A stretch of 24,000 bases of DNA from Leptolyngbya sp. CCNP1308 (GCF_034932455.1 NZ_JAYGIH010000002.1:46624-70623), one strand, 5' to 3'. Counted from the stretch's first letter, positions 1 through 10,173 are shown. Numbers and translations: made by a program. Notes: a model not told the origin generated them from the letters alone.

Positions 1-2
1 CG

Positions 3-665
3 GCGGTCGATGCCACATCCCAAGGGGCTTCGACCCCGATCACTACTTCTCCAGAAAATGCTGGCGAAGCGGGTGCCGCTGACCTAGAACCAAGCCAGAC
101 TAATGGACAGGGCACTGATGGCAACAGCACTCCGCTAGAACCTACCAACCCTGCCACCACACCCGAAGACCAAGGGGCCGAGTCGGCCAGTGACCTGCTA
201 GCCAGGGTAGAGTTCAGCGATGCCCAAACCAGCGCCAGTGAGGTTGAAATCGCCAAGGCGGCCTGGCTTCAATCTATACAAGAAAAACTAGGAGATGGGG
301 TCGCCGAGGCTCCTGAGCCTATTGTGCTTACGGTTCCCTACAGCGGTCGGCTCTGTCTATCGCCTGAACCCGCCGATGGGCTGCTGGGGGTAGTCGGTCT
401 ACCCGATGAAGCTAGCGATGGCGTTAAATTGTGGACCACAGTGCTCAAAAGCACAGGTTATCCATTTCTCAACCAAGCCGCTGAACAGGCTCTCCAAAAT
501 CTTCAGCAGCAGCAAGAGCCAGACGGCAGCGGGTTAGAAACTAATACGTTGTATCAAGTCACCGTACAGGTCGAATACGATAGCCAAAGCTGCATCAGTC
601 GTGAGGCCCTGCTGCAATCGCGCACAGCCGAATCGGATGAGTCTGACGTGGTACCGGAGGAGTAA
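3..665 (+). CDS. 3' part of an ORF truncated by the window edge; C-terminal region weakly resembles cyanobacterial TonB-C-like (energy transducer family) proteins
   Basis: Frame 3 is open from base 3 to the TAA at 663-665, so the tracked ORF at 324 is only the distal part. Pro/Ser/Glu-rich linker followed by '...EPIVLTVPYSGRLCLSPEPADGLLGVVGLPDE...LKSTGYPFLNQAAEQALQ...LYQVTVQVEYDSQSC', reminiscent of the TonB-C fold pattern. Confidence 0.5.
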   Translation, partial: AVDATSQGASTPITTSPENAGEAGAADLEPSQTNGQGTDGNSTPLEPTNPATTPEDQGAESASDLLARVEFSDAQTSASEVEIAKAAWLQSIQEKLGDGVAEAPEPIVLTVPYSGRLCLSPEPADGLLGVVGLPDEASDGVKLWTTVLKSTGYPFLNQAAEQALQNLQQQQEPDGSGLETNTLYQVTVQVEYDSQSCISREALLQSRTAESDESDVVPEE

Positions 666-1038
666 CAATCTCCAGAAAGCTTTACCGGTTTGATCTGCTG
701 TGTGCGTAGGATTAGCGATCGCCACTCTGCCGAGAACAAGCGAATACAACAGTCCTCGCCGGAAGCTGATGGGCTAGATATCGTTCCAATGGTTGGCCTT
801 GCCAAATCTCCTGGCACTTGGCTAAGTATGTCTTCCTTGTTTAACCGGCCCCACCCAAGAACAGCATATCAATGCTTTCAGCTATCCAAAATGACGTTTC
901 ATGAGGGATGTCTACCTATTTGGCTAGCGCTATGGTTTGATTCGGTTTAATAGCTTTGACCATGGCTATAGCTGGGTTAGTTCAAAGACCAACAATGGGA
1001 AAGAGGCAGCACAGTTCCATTGTTGGTCTTGAGTGAGA

Positions 1039-2835
1039 TTATGCCTGAGGTGTGAGAACGACATCAGCGTAGGTTCCCGAACGGGCTACTGTGCCCTTGT
1101 CGAGAACATAGACGCGATCGCAGTGCTCAATTGTGGACAGCCGGTGAGCAATAATAATTAAAGTTTTAGAGCCAGCTAGAGATCTGATTGACTCGCTAAT
1201 CAGTCGCTCAGTCTCATTATCTAGAGCAGAGGTTGCTTCATCTAAGACTAAAATCTCTCTTTGGTGATATAGCGCACGGGCGATTCCGATTCGCTGACGT
1301 TGCCCACCGGAGAGGCGTACTCCACGTTCGCCAACTTCGGTATCAATGCCATTAGGCAAATTTTGCACTAGCTCTTCAAGCTGTGCTGCTTTAATGGCGT
1401 ACCACAACCGGCTCTGGTCGATCTCACTTTTTGATACCCCAAAGGCAATATTTTTCTCGACAGTGTCGTCAGTCAAAAAGATTGACTGAGGAATATAACC
1501 GACTAGTTTTCTCCAGCCTTGCAAGTTATCGTAAATTGACCTGCCATCAACTAAGATATCCCCGTTTTGGGGAGTCAGCAAACTCAGAATGACGTCAACG
1601 AGGGTTGTTTTGCCTGCCCCAGACTGACCTATGAGCCCAATCGACTCTCCTCGCTTAATTTGCATCGACACGCCTGTCAAGGAAGGATTGGGAGAACTTG
1701 GGTACTGGTAGAAGACATCAACAATTTCCAAGCTTTCAGAGAAACCCAGTGGTTGGTCACCATCAAAAGGTTTTGCAGCACCTAGCAAAGCAGGATGATC
1801 ATGCTTGACAAGCTCGTTATTCTCAATTTCCTTTAGATCCAAATACATCATGTCTAAAGTGTGAGAAGAATTACGCAGTTTACCAATACACTCTGCTAGA
1901 TTACTGGCGGCTGGAATCAATCTCAAGGAAGCAACGGCAAACACACCCATACTGGCAATAGCTGCCTGAAAATCTTGCCCTACTATTAGCTGCGAGACGC
2001 AAACAAATCCAACAATGGCTGTTACTAGAAGAGTCTCAATCATTGTCCGAGGCACAAACTGAGCGCTCTGAAAGAGAATTTCTACCCGTGCCTCCTCATG
2101 CACATGCTCTTCTAGTTCCTTGCGAAAATAATTCTCGGAACCAAAGACGCGAGTCTCCTTAATGCCTCCCAGTCCATGGTTGACAGCTTTAATCGTCTCT
2201 TCACGAGCAATAGTCGATAATTTACCCCAACGCTTTAACCGCTGCACTAGGAATGAAAACACTACGAAAGCAGGCAACAGCGAAGCTAGAGAAACAGCCA
2301 GGAGTAAAACATTAGTCTTCGCCATCAACACCAAAAGTGTTGCAACCACAATAATATGAGAGACTGACTCTACCATAGGCAAAGAAACCATAAAGCAAAA
2401 GCGATGTGTCTCATTCGTTATCTTATTGATATAATCTGCGGTATTCCTAGTTAAATGGAAGTCATAAGGAGCAAGCAAATAGGTGTTAAAAAGACGCTCT
2501 TGAACAGCCGCTCTTTGATCGAAGAGAACTTTGTATGAATAGCGCTTGCTTAGAAAATAAATAGCTCCTTTCAACAAGAAGATAACAATAATAAAAACCC
2601 CGAACCACAGCACAAGCCTTCCTAGGCTGCTAAATCCAAAAACTCTATATACCCAGCTAAACGCATCGCTTTCTCCGACAAGTTTGCCTGGGTCTCCGGC
2701 TAAACTCAAAAAGGGGCCAATTAATCCTATGCCAAAGGCTTCTAAAAGAGAAGTCAAAAGAAAAATACCAACCAACCCAATCAGTTGCCTCTGATGCCCG
2801 GAAAAAACATAAATAAATTTTTGAAAGTAACCCAC
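1039..2835 (-). CDS. ABC transporter, fused permease/ATP-binding protein (MsbA/PglK/HepA-like exporter)
   Basis: 598 aa; N-terminal transmembrane segments; Walker A 'GQSGAGKTT', signature 'LSGGQRQRIGIARAL', Walker B 'ILVLDEATSALD', H-loop 'IIAHRLST'. Confidence 0.93.
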   Translation of the reverse strand: MGYFQKFIYVFSGHQRQLIGLVGIFLLTSLLEAFGIGLIGPFLSLAGDPGKLVGESDAFSWVYRVFGFSSLGRLVLWFGVFIIVIFLLKGAIYFLSKRYSYKVLFDQRAAVQERLFNTYLLAPYDFHLTRNTADYINKITNETHRFCFMVSLPMVESVSHIIVVATLLVLMAKTNVLLLAVSLASLLPAFVVFSFLVQRLKRWGKLSTIAREETIKAVNHGLGGIKETRVFGSENYFRKELEEHVHEEARVEILFQSAQFVPRTMIETLLVTAIVGFVCVSQLIVGQDFQAAIASMGVFAVASLRLIPAASNLAECIGKLRNSSHTLDMMYLDLKEIENNELVKHDHPALLGAAKPFDGDQPLGFSESLEIVDVFYQYPSSPNPSLTGVSMQIKRGESIGLIGQSGAGKTTLVDVILSLLTPQNGDILVDGRSIYDNLQGWRKLVGYIPQSIFLTDDTVEKNIAFGVSKSEIDQSRLWYAIKAAQLEELVQNLPNGIDTEVGERGVRLSGGQRQRIGIARALYHQREILVLDEATSALDNETERLISESIRSLAGSKTLIIIAHRLSTIEHCDRVYVLDKGTVARSGTYADVVLTPQA

Positions 2836-3498
2836 TGCTTCTCCCTCAAAAAACTGCTAAATGATCTAGCTAAATCAGCCAAGAAATCGTGCCTGACAGA
2901 GCTTCTGAGCCAAAGGTTTAGCAGAACATATGCTCTACTTTTTGACATACCCATGCGATCTGCTCAAGCTATTGTGAAACTACCTTTGGCTTGCGACTTT
3001 AGCAAGCAGAACTGATTGAGTGCTCTACACGCATACTATAGTACCCATAATTATAATGAAAATAGATTTATCAGGGCAAACTATCCATGCTGTCATAGAA
3101 AACACTTTAAAGAGGCTTCACAAGGTCTTCCTATTTCTGCAGCTCCGTTGTCAAGAGCTTTCTCCCTCGCCAATCTTTCGTTAAGAAGGTAAAATAAACT
3201 CATGCTAGCTTCTCGTGCCCGTACAAAGTGGATTTTGGTGTAAAAGGTGTTCAAAGAGAAAGAACGCGCCCTCTAAGTTCTACAGGTTCATGCCTGCCAG
3301 ATCTTTTGAACACGATAAAATTTCATCAAATATTTATACCTCATCACTTAAGGCAAATCTAAGAAAAGGCTTGTACTCATCTATATTGAGTACAATGATA
3401 ATTATATCCAAGCAGACTTTCAGAAAGTACTTTGTTTGTGCGGCTACGTAAAGCACTAAAATTTGTTCCCGCATTCCTTTGTTGAGATCCTGGATGCT

Positions 3499-4767
3499 AT
3501 GCAAGCTCAAAAACTTACTCTCAACGGTAGCACAGTAGTGTCTGACAAGCAGATTGACTTTGCGGAGACATCCTTCGCAATTTTCTATCTGCTATTTTTT
3601 GCTGGAGCTTTTGGCTTTAGGGCAGACACCTCTGAAACTTCCGTTATTCCTGAGTCAATTATTACTTTAATTCGGTATGCGGCCTATGCAACTACTCTAA
3701 TGTTGTTGTCATTGCGGCCTGTTGAGACATTGAAAACGGCTCTTAGTAATAAATGGGCATTAGGTCTAATTGCCATTGTCACCATTTCCTTTTTATGGTC
3801 TTATAATCCGCCAGTTACAATAGATGCTGTTTGGAAAGAATTCATTCCCATGTTTTTGCTAAGTCTTTACATTGCTTCTAGGTTCACACTAGAACAGCAA
3901 TTTAAGATTATCTTATGGGTTTTAGTCATAGTTTTTCTCGAGAGTGTAGCGCTGGCGATCGCCATGCCTGGAGTAGGCCTTCATACTGATGGTCCTTTTG
4001 TAGGCAGCTGGAAAGGAGTATTTGCTCAAAAAAATCAGTTTGGTGCACACTCAACAATGACGATGATCGCCCTCTTCATGCTGGCTAACTATGCTAAGGA
4101 AAAACAGCGTTGGGCACTAGCACTTTTTGGAGGGTGTTTTGCGGCGTTGCTTGTTAGCAGCTCTGTTACAGCATTGACCCTTTCTTTCATAGGGCTCATG
4201 CTGACAATTTTTTATCGTCGATTTGCTTGGCTGGGTAAACGCTCTGTTTTGTTAGGCAGCCTATTTGTGCTAGTTTCAATCAGTTTTTCGTATCTTTTGT
4301 TTTCTAACTGGGTTGATATTTTAGCTTACTTTGACAGAGATCCTACGCTGTCTACAAGAACTCTTATTTGGCATCTAGTAATCAATTATAAAATCCCGAA
4401 TAGTCCATATCTTGGCTATGGTAGAGGCGTATTTTGGGATTCGTTGAGTTTAACAACCGGCTTTGAGTCTTTTGCCTATCACATTCCACCTCATGCGCAC
4501 AACGGTTTTTTGGATCTCATTATTGATGTTGGCTTGATTGGCTTCTCATTCTTCTGTGTTACGTGGTTTATGACCTACGTTAGGGCCGCTAGGCTTGCCT
4601 ACGACCGAAAAGAGGCAGCTTATCTATGGCCTCTTCTGTTTCTATCGATGCTTATTTTGTTCAATACTTTCGAAAGCTATTTAGCTCGCCTCACCACGTT
4701 GTATTGGATTCTCTTTATTGCTTTAGCTTTTTCATTGAGTCCAAAAGTTCTTTCATCTAAAGAATAG
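3499..4767 (+). CDS. O-antigen ligase / Wzy-like polysaccharide polymerase, multi-pass membrane protein
   Basis: Roughly ten hydrophobic segments; Wzy_C-type loop 'GLHTDGPFVGSWKGVFAQKNQFGAHSTM' and 'PHAHNGFLDLIIDVGLIG'. ORF track starts at TTG 3463; ATG at 3499 (MQAQKLTLNG) is an alternative start. Confidence 0.85.
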   Translation: MQAQKLTLNGSTVVSDKQIDFAETSFAIFYLLFFAGAFGFRADTSETSVIPESIITLIRYAAYATTLMLLSLRPVETLKTALSNKWALGLIAIVTISFLWSYNPPVTIDAVWKEFIPMFLLSLYIASRFTLEQQFKIILWVLVIVFLESVALAIAMPGVGLHTDGPFVGSWKGVFAQKNQFGAHSTMTMIALFMLANYAKEKQRWALALFGGCFAALLVSSSVTALTLSFIGLMLTIFYRRFAWLGKRSVLLGSLFVLVSISFSYLLFSNWVDILAYFDRDPTLSTRTLIWHLVINYKIPNSPYLGYGRGVFWDSLSLTTGFESFAYHIPPHAHNGFLDLIIDVGLIGFSFFCVTWFMTYVRAARLAYDRKEAAYLWPLLFLSMLILFNTFESYLARLTTLYWILFIALAFSLSPKVLSSKE

Positions 4768-5290
4768 ATTATCATTTTCTGCGTGAGTTTGAAATCTTCA
4801 ACTTTTGGTAAGCATAAGATGCAAATTTTGCATTAGTTGTCATGTGTGAGCTTGAATAGATATAGGAACATAGCTATCTAGTTAGCTAACATGTACTCCA
4901 TATTAATAAGCTTTTCCTGTTCTTTGTTTTGAAGAGCCTAACTTCGTTGTCGGCAGCAAGCCACTTTGGAGGACGTTCAGCGGGATTACTAACAGCTAGC
5001 CATCAGGAACTAGTTTCTCAAGGTGTTTTGCCCTAATATAGCCATAGTCATTTAGGGTTAAGACATCCAGAAAACGTTCAAACGTTTGGAGGAGAAATGT
5101 TTGAACCAAGATGGCTACAGCAATACCAAACTGAGTACTCGAAGAACTGGAACCCTTGAATTGCAAACTTTTCAGTCCTTGAGGGATGCTCACTCTCATA
5201 GCTGATCGGTATAAGGGACGTACGTCTAGATAAAGTACCAGAAGCATTGATCCTGGTTGACCGAAAAAACTTCTGAGACCCTTGTCCTGC

Positions 5291-5328
5291 CGTAGGTTGG
5301 GTTTCGCTTCGCTCAACGCCAACCTACA
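5291..5328. repeat. Palindromic extragenic element (GTAGGTTGG...CCAACCTAC)
   Basis: cgtaggttgggtttcgcttcgctcaacgccaacctaca: perfect 9-bp terminal inverted repeat GTAGGTTGG/CCAACCTAC around a gcttcgc core; resembles widely dispersed cyanobacterial extragenic palindromes. Confidence 0.65.
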
Positions 5329-5367
5329 TTAGAACTTTTGTCCGTCAATCAGGCATTGATCACTGTA

Positions 5368-5391
5368 GGTGCATTCGCAAAGCAATGCACC
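5368..5391. repeat. Second short palindromic extragenic element
   Basis: ggtgcatt-cgcaaagc-aatgcacc, perfect 8-bp inverted repeat, 39 bp after the previous element. Confidence 0.5.
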
Positions 5392-5617
5392 GATAGGAAA
5401 GATAGCAATTGATGGGTTATTTTCTTGCGCCTCCCTAACCACCTGAACATTTACAATACTGTATTGGCGTATGGTAATTCTAAAAAGAAAACTCCTTGGC
5501 TAAGCAAGGAGTTCGGATCGATGTCAATTTATCCAGATAAAATTCCTAGATCTTGAGTTGACGTTGACTAACTAAACAAAGCTGACTCTCTTCAATCAAC
5601 ATACTCAACTTTGCCAT

Positions 5618-6727
5618 CTAATCGTTGTTATCAAATAGATTAAAGATATCCAGGATGCCAAAGATGCCGCCTAGAGGAGCTAAAATTGGGGTCAGAGCGC
5701 GGTTGATGTTATCAAGACCAACCAAGTACCCTTTTTTGGGTACCAAAATTACGTCTCCATCTTGAACTTGATAATTGTCTACTAGGCTGGACAGGTCTAC
5801 TCTCTGTTCTTCGACTTGCCCTGTTTCTGAAAGACGCACTAATCGAACTTCTCCTAGGGCTGCATCAGAATTAGGACCACCAGCAGCAGCGATCGCGCCA
5901 GCTACCGAGCTATTTGGCTGAATTTGAACTTCCCCAGGCTGAACTACGCCATCTCCAATAACTCGCACTCGAACATTGTCTGGCGCGATACTTGAACTTG
6001 CTATCAAGGACGCGTCAATCTCGGCACCAGGCTGCGCTTTGGGTACAAAGATAGAATCTCCATCCCTAAGTACTAAGTTATTGCCCTGACCACCACTAGA
6101 GATTGCATCCCACAGATTTACTGAAAGATCCTGCACCTGGCCATTTGGCAGTTGTCGGCGGACAATAACTGACCGAATATCTGCTGTGCGACGTATTCCA
6201 CCAGCAGATACCAGGGCTGAAGACAGGGTTGGTGTTGTCGTAGCTGCTGTAATTCGCGCGTTTACATCTAGCTGCGTTTCTGCTGTTGTTAGACTGCTCA
6301 ACTGTACGGGGCCAGGACGGTAAACCTCACCCGCCACATCAACAACCACTGGGCGTAATGCCGTCATGCTGACATTCACTACTGGGTTCACTAGATAAGC
6401 ATTTAGCCCCTGAGTGATTTCTTGAGATAAGTCGTCAACGGTTTTGCCTGCTGCTTGAATAGACCCTAGAAATGGGAAAGGCATTGTGCCATCAGGCAAA
6501 ACTACACGGGAACCGGTAAATTCCTCATAACCGAAGACTTCGATCGCAACTTGATCACCAGCCCCTAGAATGTAGTTTCCAGGAGCTTGTGAAGCAGGCA
6601 ACTCTATAGTGGGAGCATTAAATTCTGTCGATTGTTGGGCATTGGCCAAGCCAATACCCCATAGACAGTTGTGGGCTAATGTGGCTGAGAGCGAAATTAG
6701 CGCAATAGAACGTTTATCTATTTTCAT
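5618..6727 (-). CDS. Polysaccharide export protein (Wza-like, poly_export + SLBB domains)
   Basis: N-terminal signal-peptide-like sequence, 'YILGAGDQVAIEVFGYEEFTGSRVVLPDGTMPFPFLGSIQAAGKTVDDLSQEI...LNPVVNVSM' and repeated 'DVAGEVYRPGPVQL...' / 'VLRDGDSIFVPK' / 'VQDGDVILVPKKG' SLBB signatures. ATG at 6727; ORF track extends to a TTG at 6739. Confidence 0.9.
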   Translation of the reverse strand: MKIDKRSIALISLSATLAHNCLWGIGLANAQQSTEFNAPTIELPASQAPGNYILGAGDQVAIEVFGYEEFTGSRVVLPDGTMPFPFLGSIQAAGKTVDDLSQEITQGLNAYLVNPVVNVSMTALRPVVVDVAGEVYRPGPVQLSSLTTAETQLDVNARITAATTTPTLSSALVSAGGIRRTADIRSVIVRRQLPNGQVQDLSVNLWDAISSGGQGNNLVLRDGDSIFVPKAQPGAEIDASLIASSSIAPDNVRVRVIGDGVVQPGEVQIQPNSSVAGAIAAAGGPNSDAALGEVRLVRLSETGQVEEQRVDLSSLVDNYQVQDGDVILVPKKGYLVGLDNINRALTPILAPLGGIFGILDIFNLFDNND

Positions 6728-6744
6728 AGCCTTAAGCAATATTT

Positions 6745-8943
6745 CTAACGAACCGTTGTTTGCATTTCTGAGAAAGTGGTCTTACCGTACTCGCCGGCCT
6801 TAATGCGAGAGACATAGTCGCCGTGCTCATTATTGATGTCTACGCCGTTAGCAACTACACCTAAGACATTCGCCTGAGATCGTTCTAGGAAAGACTTCGC
6901 TGCCAGTGCGTTTGCAGAATCTACTTTTCGAGGTCTCAGCACCAACAAAACACCGTCAGACATACGCCCTAGCACCGCTGCATCGGCAGCCCCCAATAGT
7001 GGCGGCGTATCGATCAAAATATAGTCATACTGTCGTTTCATCTGCTGGAGCAGATCTGCCATCCGCTCAGAGTCTAGGATAGCCAGGGGATTAGGGGGAA
7101 GAGCCCCAGCCGTCATGAGAGTTAGATTCTCAGAGATTTGGTGAGTCACATCTTGCTGAGTTTCTTCTCTGATGAGCACCTGGCTCAGCCCGGCTCGATT
7201 GATAACGTCCCAAATATGATGCTGTGATGGAGATCGGAGATCGGCATCAATGAGCAATACCTGTTTACCTGAATGGGCCAAGGTTGCCGCCAGGTTGGCC
7301 GAGACCTCAGATTTCCCTTCTTCGGCCACTGAACTGGTAATGGCAATGATGCGGTGAGGGGTGTCAGAACTGGTGAATTTTAGATTTGCTTGAAGCATTT
7401 GAAACGCTGCCGAAACCATGGGTTGGTCTCTATCTAGAGCTGGAATATAGGCAGAGCGATCAAGTCTACCAGCAAGGTAAGCTGTGGAACCTTCACTCTC
7501 CGGTCTAGTGCGAAACTTAGGAACTAAACCAAGCAGGGTGTAGCCCAGCAGCATCTCGCCATCTTTAGCAGTTTTCACTGATTTATCGACTAAGTCTAGG
7601 AAGAAGGCGCAGGCAATGCCGAGCAAACTACCCACGAAGGTTCCGAATACCAGGGCGGGGATCAGGAGACTGCCAGCGTCTTCTGCGGGTTCGGCCCTTT
7701 CCAAAATCTCAGCACTGCCGACGGTTTGGTTTTCGGCTAGCTGAGTTTGTTGAAAAGCGGCTAAAAGGTTTTCATAGTTGAGCTGGGCTGACTGAAGACG
7801 CTGAGTTAATTCTAACTGGCGCTTCTCAAGAGCTGGAAAGGCCTGAATTCTCTCGGCATAGCGGTTGCGAGAGTTAACTAGGCTTTGGAGCTGGCTAGCC
7901 AAGCTAGAACGGTTCACGACTGCGGTAGCCAATTCTGTCGTGAGCTGTTGGTCTAGGGGGCTCATTTGGAGATTGCCAAGACTCGCTGAAGCCGCCGTTC
8001 CGACTATGTCTTCGACTCGCTCACTAAGGAGGCTTTGTAGTGATTCTACTCGCCGTTCTAGGTTGATCACTGTAGGGTGGGTCTCTCTATAGAGACTACG
8101 CTGACTGGCCAACTCAGCTTGGGCTAGCTGCAAGTCTGCTAGAGCTTGCTGAACAGCTGTAGACTGACTCAATGTTTCGATGCGTTTGGCTTGTTCTAGT
8201 GGAATAGCCAACTGCTCTTGTAACTCGCTTGCCTGAGTGTTGGCACTGGCTAGCGTGGAAGACACATCGCGAATTTGGGTGTCTAACTCAGCGATCGCAG
8301 TAACGGCCACGACAGCTTCGTCTTCAAGCACAACAATGCCGTTAGCATCTTTGAATTGCTGTAGTGCTGCCGCCGCCCGATCGAGATCGGCTTCGGCAAT
8401 GGGCAGTTGTCGTTCGATGAACTCTCGAGCTGTAGCTGCCTTCAACCGATTGCTGAGGATGTCCCGTTCCAGGTATGCGTCCATGACCGCATTGACAATA
8501 GCGGCAGCCTCGTCTGGATCGTCGGAGCTGTAGGCAATTTGCAGGATATCGGCCTGTTCTGCAGACTCCACCTTGAGGCTGGTGCTTAGGTCTGCCGGTT
8601 TGAGAGGTAGACCATCATCGTCTGTAAGACCGAGGTTATCAATAACAGACTGCATAACCGCAGTTGACAGCACAACGGAACTCTGGTTTTGCAGGTTGTT
8701 CACTGAAAGGGGAAGTTCCCTGATGTCCGTGCCAACCCCAGTTAGTGCAGGGGTAAGGTCTGGCCTCACCAGTATGCTTCCTTCCGCGTTGTAGGATGGA
8801 TCTCGCGTTAGAGCAAAGAACGCCGAACCTGCTACACAGGTGCCTAGCACAAGAGTCGCTGGCAACCAACGCCGTTTCAGCACTAGCCAGTAGCGTTGTA
8901 GGTCAATTTCTTCAACGTAATCTTGGTAGGTCTTATTAGTCAT
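6745..8943 (-). CDS. Wzc-like polysaccharide co-polymerase / tyrosine-protein kinase (BY-kinase family)
   Basis: N-terminal Wzz domain, coiled-coil middle, Walker A 'SSVAEEGKSEVSANLA', Walker A' 'VLLIDADLR', Walker B 'YDYILIDTPP'. ATG at 8943 (MTNKTYQDYVEEIDLQRYW). Confidence 0.92.
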   Translation of the reverse strand: MTNKTYQDYVEEIDLQRYWLVLKRRWLPATLVLGTCVAGSAFFALTRDPSYNAEGSILVRPDLTPALTGVGTDIRELPLSVNNLQNQSSVVLSTAVMQSVIDNLGLTDDDGLPLKPADLSTSLKVESAEQADILQIAYSSDDPDEAAAIVNAVMDAYLERDILSNRLKAATAREFIERQLPIAEADLDRAAAALQQFKDANGIVVLEDEAVVAVTAIAELDTQIRDVSSTLASANTQASELQEQLAIPLEQAKRIETLSQSTAVQQALADLQLAQAELASQRSLYRETHPTVINLERRVESLQSLLSERVEDIVGTAASASLGNLQMSPLDQQLTTELATAVVNRSSLASQLQSLVNSRNRYAERIQAFPALEKRQLELTQRLQSAQLNYENLLAAFQQTQLAENQTVGSAEILERAEPAEDAGSLLIPALVFGTFVGSLLGIACAFFLDLVDKSVKTAKDGEMLLGYTLLGLVPKFRTRPESEGSTAYLAGRLDRSAYIPALDRDQPMVSAAFQMLQANLKFTSSDTPHRIIAITSSVAEEGKSEVSANLAATLAHSGKQVLLIDADLRSPSQHHIWDVINRAGLSQVLIREETQQDVTHQISENLTLMTAGALPPNPLAILDSERMADLLQQMKRQYDYILIDTPPLLGAADAAVLGRMSDGVLLVLRPRKVDSANALAAKSFLERSQANVLGVVANGVDINNEHGDYVSRIKAGEYGKTTFSEMQTTVR

Positions 8944-9408
8944 AAACGGGTAGAAATGAGATACGCCTGAGAACAATCTGTCTACTTACGCACGGGCGGT
9001 AGGCTAGCTTTCCGATTCTCCCTAAACATCTCGATTGCTCGGGCTATAAGCCTTAGCCGACGACTAATCCCCTTGAGCGGGAATGTCTAGGTTCACCTAG
9101 CGGTGAGTATTGGTAGGTATGAATTAAGTGAGTTGAGACTCGTATAACTACCTAATCTAAATCTAAATAGATGCTTAAACCCTTTACGCAAGCATATCCT
9201 ATGGAAGCAGGACCGAGGGGAAGACCGTTGAGCTGTCTGGCACTGTCTTAATAATGATGACGATTCTGTAATGCCTCAGGCTTCTTCGGGAACTTACTAT
9301 CGCTATAGTGTTCCCTCGGATTGCCGGCTCAGACTCATAGTCTGTCTGACTCCTGCGCTAGTTCCCCAAAATAGGATCAATTTGACGATAGATAAGATTT
9401 ATTGACGA

Positions 9409-9444
9409 AAAAAGGGCCGATATATGAGTATATCAGCCCTTTTT
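9409..9444 (-). terminator. Rho-independent terminator of the ndhC-ndhK-ndhJ transcript
   Basis: Minus strand reads AAAAAGGGCTGATATA-CTCA-TATATCGGCCCTTTTT: 16-bp stem with one G-U, 4-nt loop and U-tract, downstream of ndhJ. Confidence 0.85.
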
Positions 9445-9619
9445 CTGCGATTGGCAGACGCTTTGATAGGTTTTCACCGCCTGATTCGTCAAGCTTTTCA
9501 GGCAATTTACTCTCCCTAATGCATCGAATCAGTAGATATACTCACACAGTGCGGAGAGAATACTAGAGAGCAGCACTAACACTACTCTGTATCTTCACAG
9601 AATCACTAAGTTTAGGATC

Positions 9620-10171
9620 TCAATAAGCATCCTGAAGTTCATAGAAGTCAGGGGAAATATAGTCTTTGCGAAGCGGCCAGCCGACCCAGTCTTCAGGCAT
9701 GAGTAGCCGCTTTAGATTGGGATGGCCTTCGTAAACAATGCCGTACATGTCATAGCTTTCTCGCTCTTGCCAATCGGCTGCCTTCCAAACCCAGTACACC
9801 GAGGGGACTCGGGGATTGCTGCGAGACAACGACACCTTGACTCTGACCTCTTCGAGTTTGTCAACCTGATCGTCTAACTTTACCAGGTGGTAAAAGCTGA
9901 CCAAATCTTTGCCCGGACCCTCATCGTATGCACCTTGGCATTGAAGGTAGTTAAAGCCGTAGGCATACAGAGCTGTACAAATTGGGATCAGGAACTGTGG
10001 CTCTACCTCGATAATCTCAACGCCTAGGTGATCGCGGGGCGCCAACTGGTGGGCAAACCCGTTTTCGGTTAACCAGCTAGAAACAACGCCTGCTTCTGCC
10101 AGAGAAGCGGTCGGCTCTTCACCCGTAGACGCTGGCTGCGGAGATGGCGTTTGAGAGTCTTCTTCAGCCAT
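9620..10171 (-). CDS. ndhJ: NAD(P)H-quinone oxidoreductase subunit J (NuoC family)
   Basis: '[34 protein letters not shown]' signature; position in ndhC-K-J cluster. Confidence 0.97.
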   Translation of the reverse strand: MAEEDSQTPSPQPASTGEEPTASLAEAGVVSSWLTENGFAHQLAPRDHLGVEIIEVEPQFLIPICTALYAYGFNYLQCQGAYDEGPGKDLVSFYHLVKLDDQVDKLEEVRVKVSLSRSNPRVPSVYWVWKAADWQERESYDMYGIVYEGHPNLKRLLMPEDWVGWPLRKDYISPDFYELQDAY

Positions 10172-10173
10172 AT

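Noticed and set aside
690-950. 86-aa plus-strand ORF and the overlapping 534-817 minus-strand ORFs
   Set aside because: The minus-strand ORFs lie antisense to the 3-665 reading frame, and the 690-950 ORF has no protein-like features.
3215-3451. 78-aa plus-strand ORF upstream of the polymerase gene
   Set aside because: AT-rich intergenic DNA, no domain signature or convincing ribosome-binding site; not supported as coding.
4996-5322. 108-aa minus-strand ORF (MALSEAKPNLRQDK...)
   Set aside because: Its N-terminus is a translation of the palindromic repeat at 5291-5328; no recognisable domain, a low-complexity Ser run, and AT-rich non-coding context. Most likely spurious.
9521-9570. 'actcacacagtg' segment considered as a possible Yfr1-like sRNA
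   Set aside because: Lacks the conserved ACUCCUCACAC core and the flanking stem-loops.
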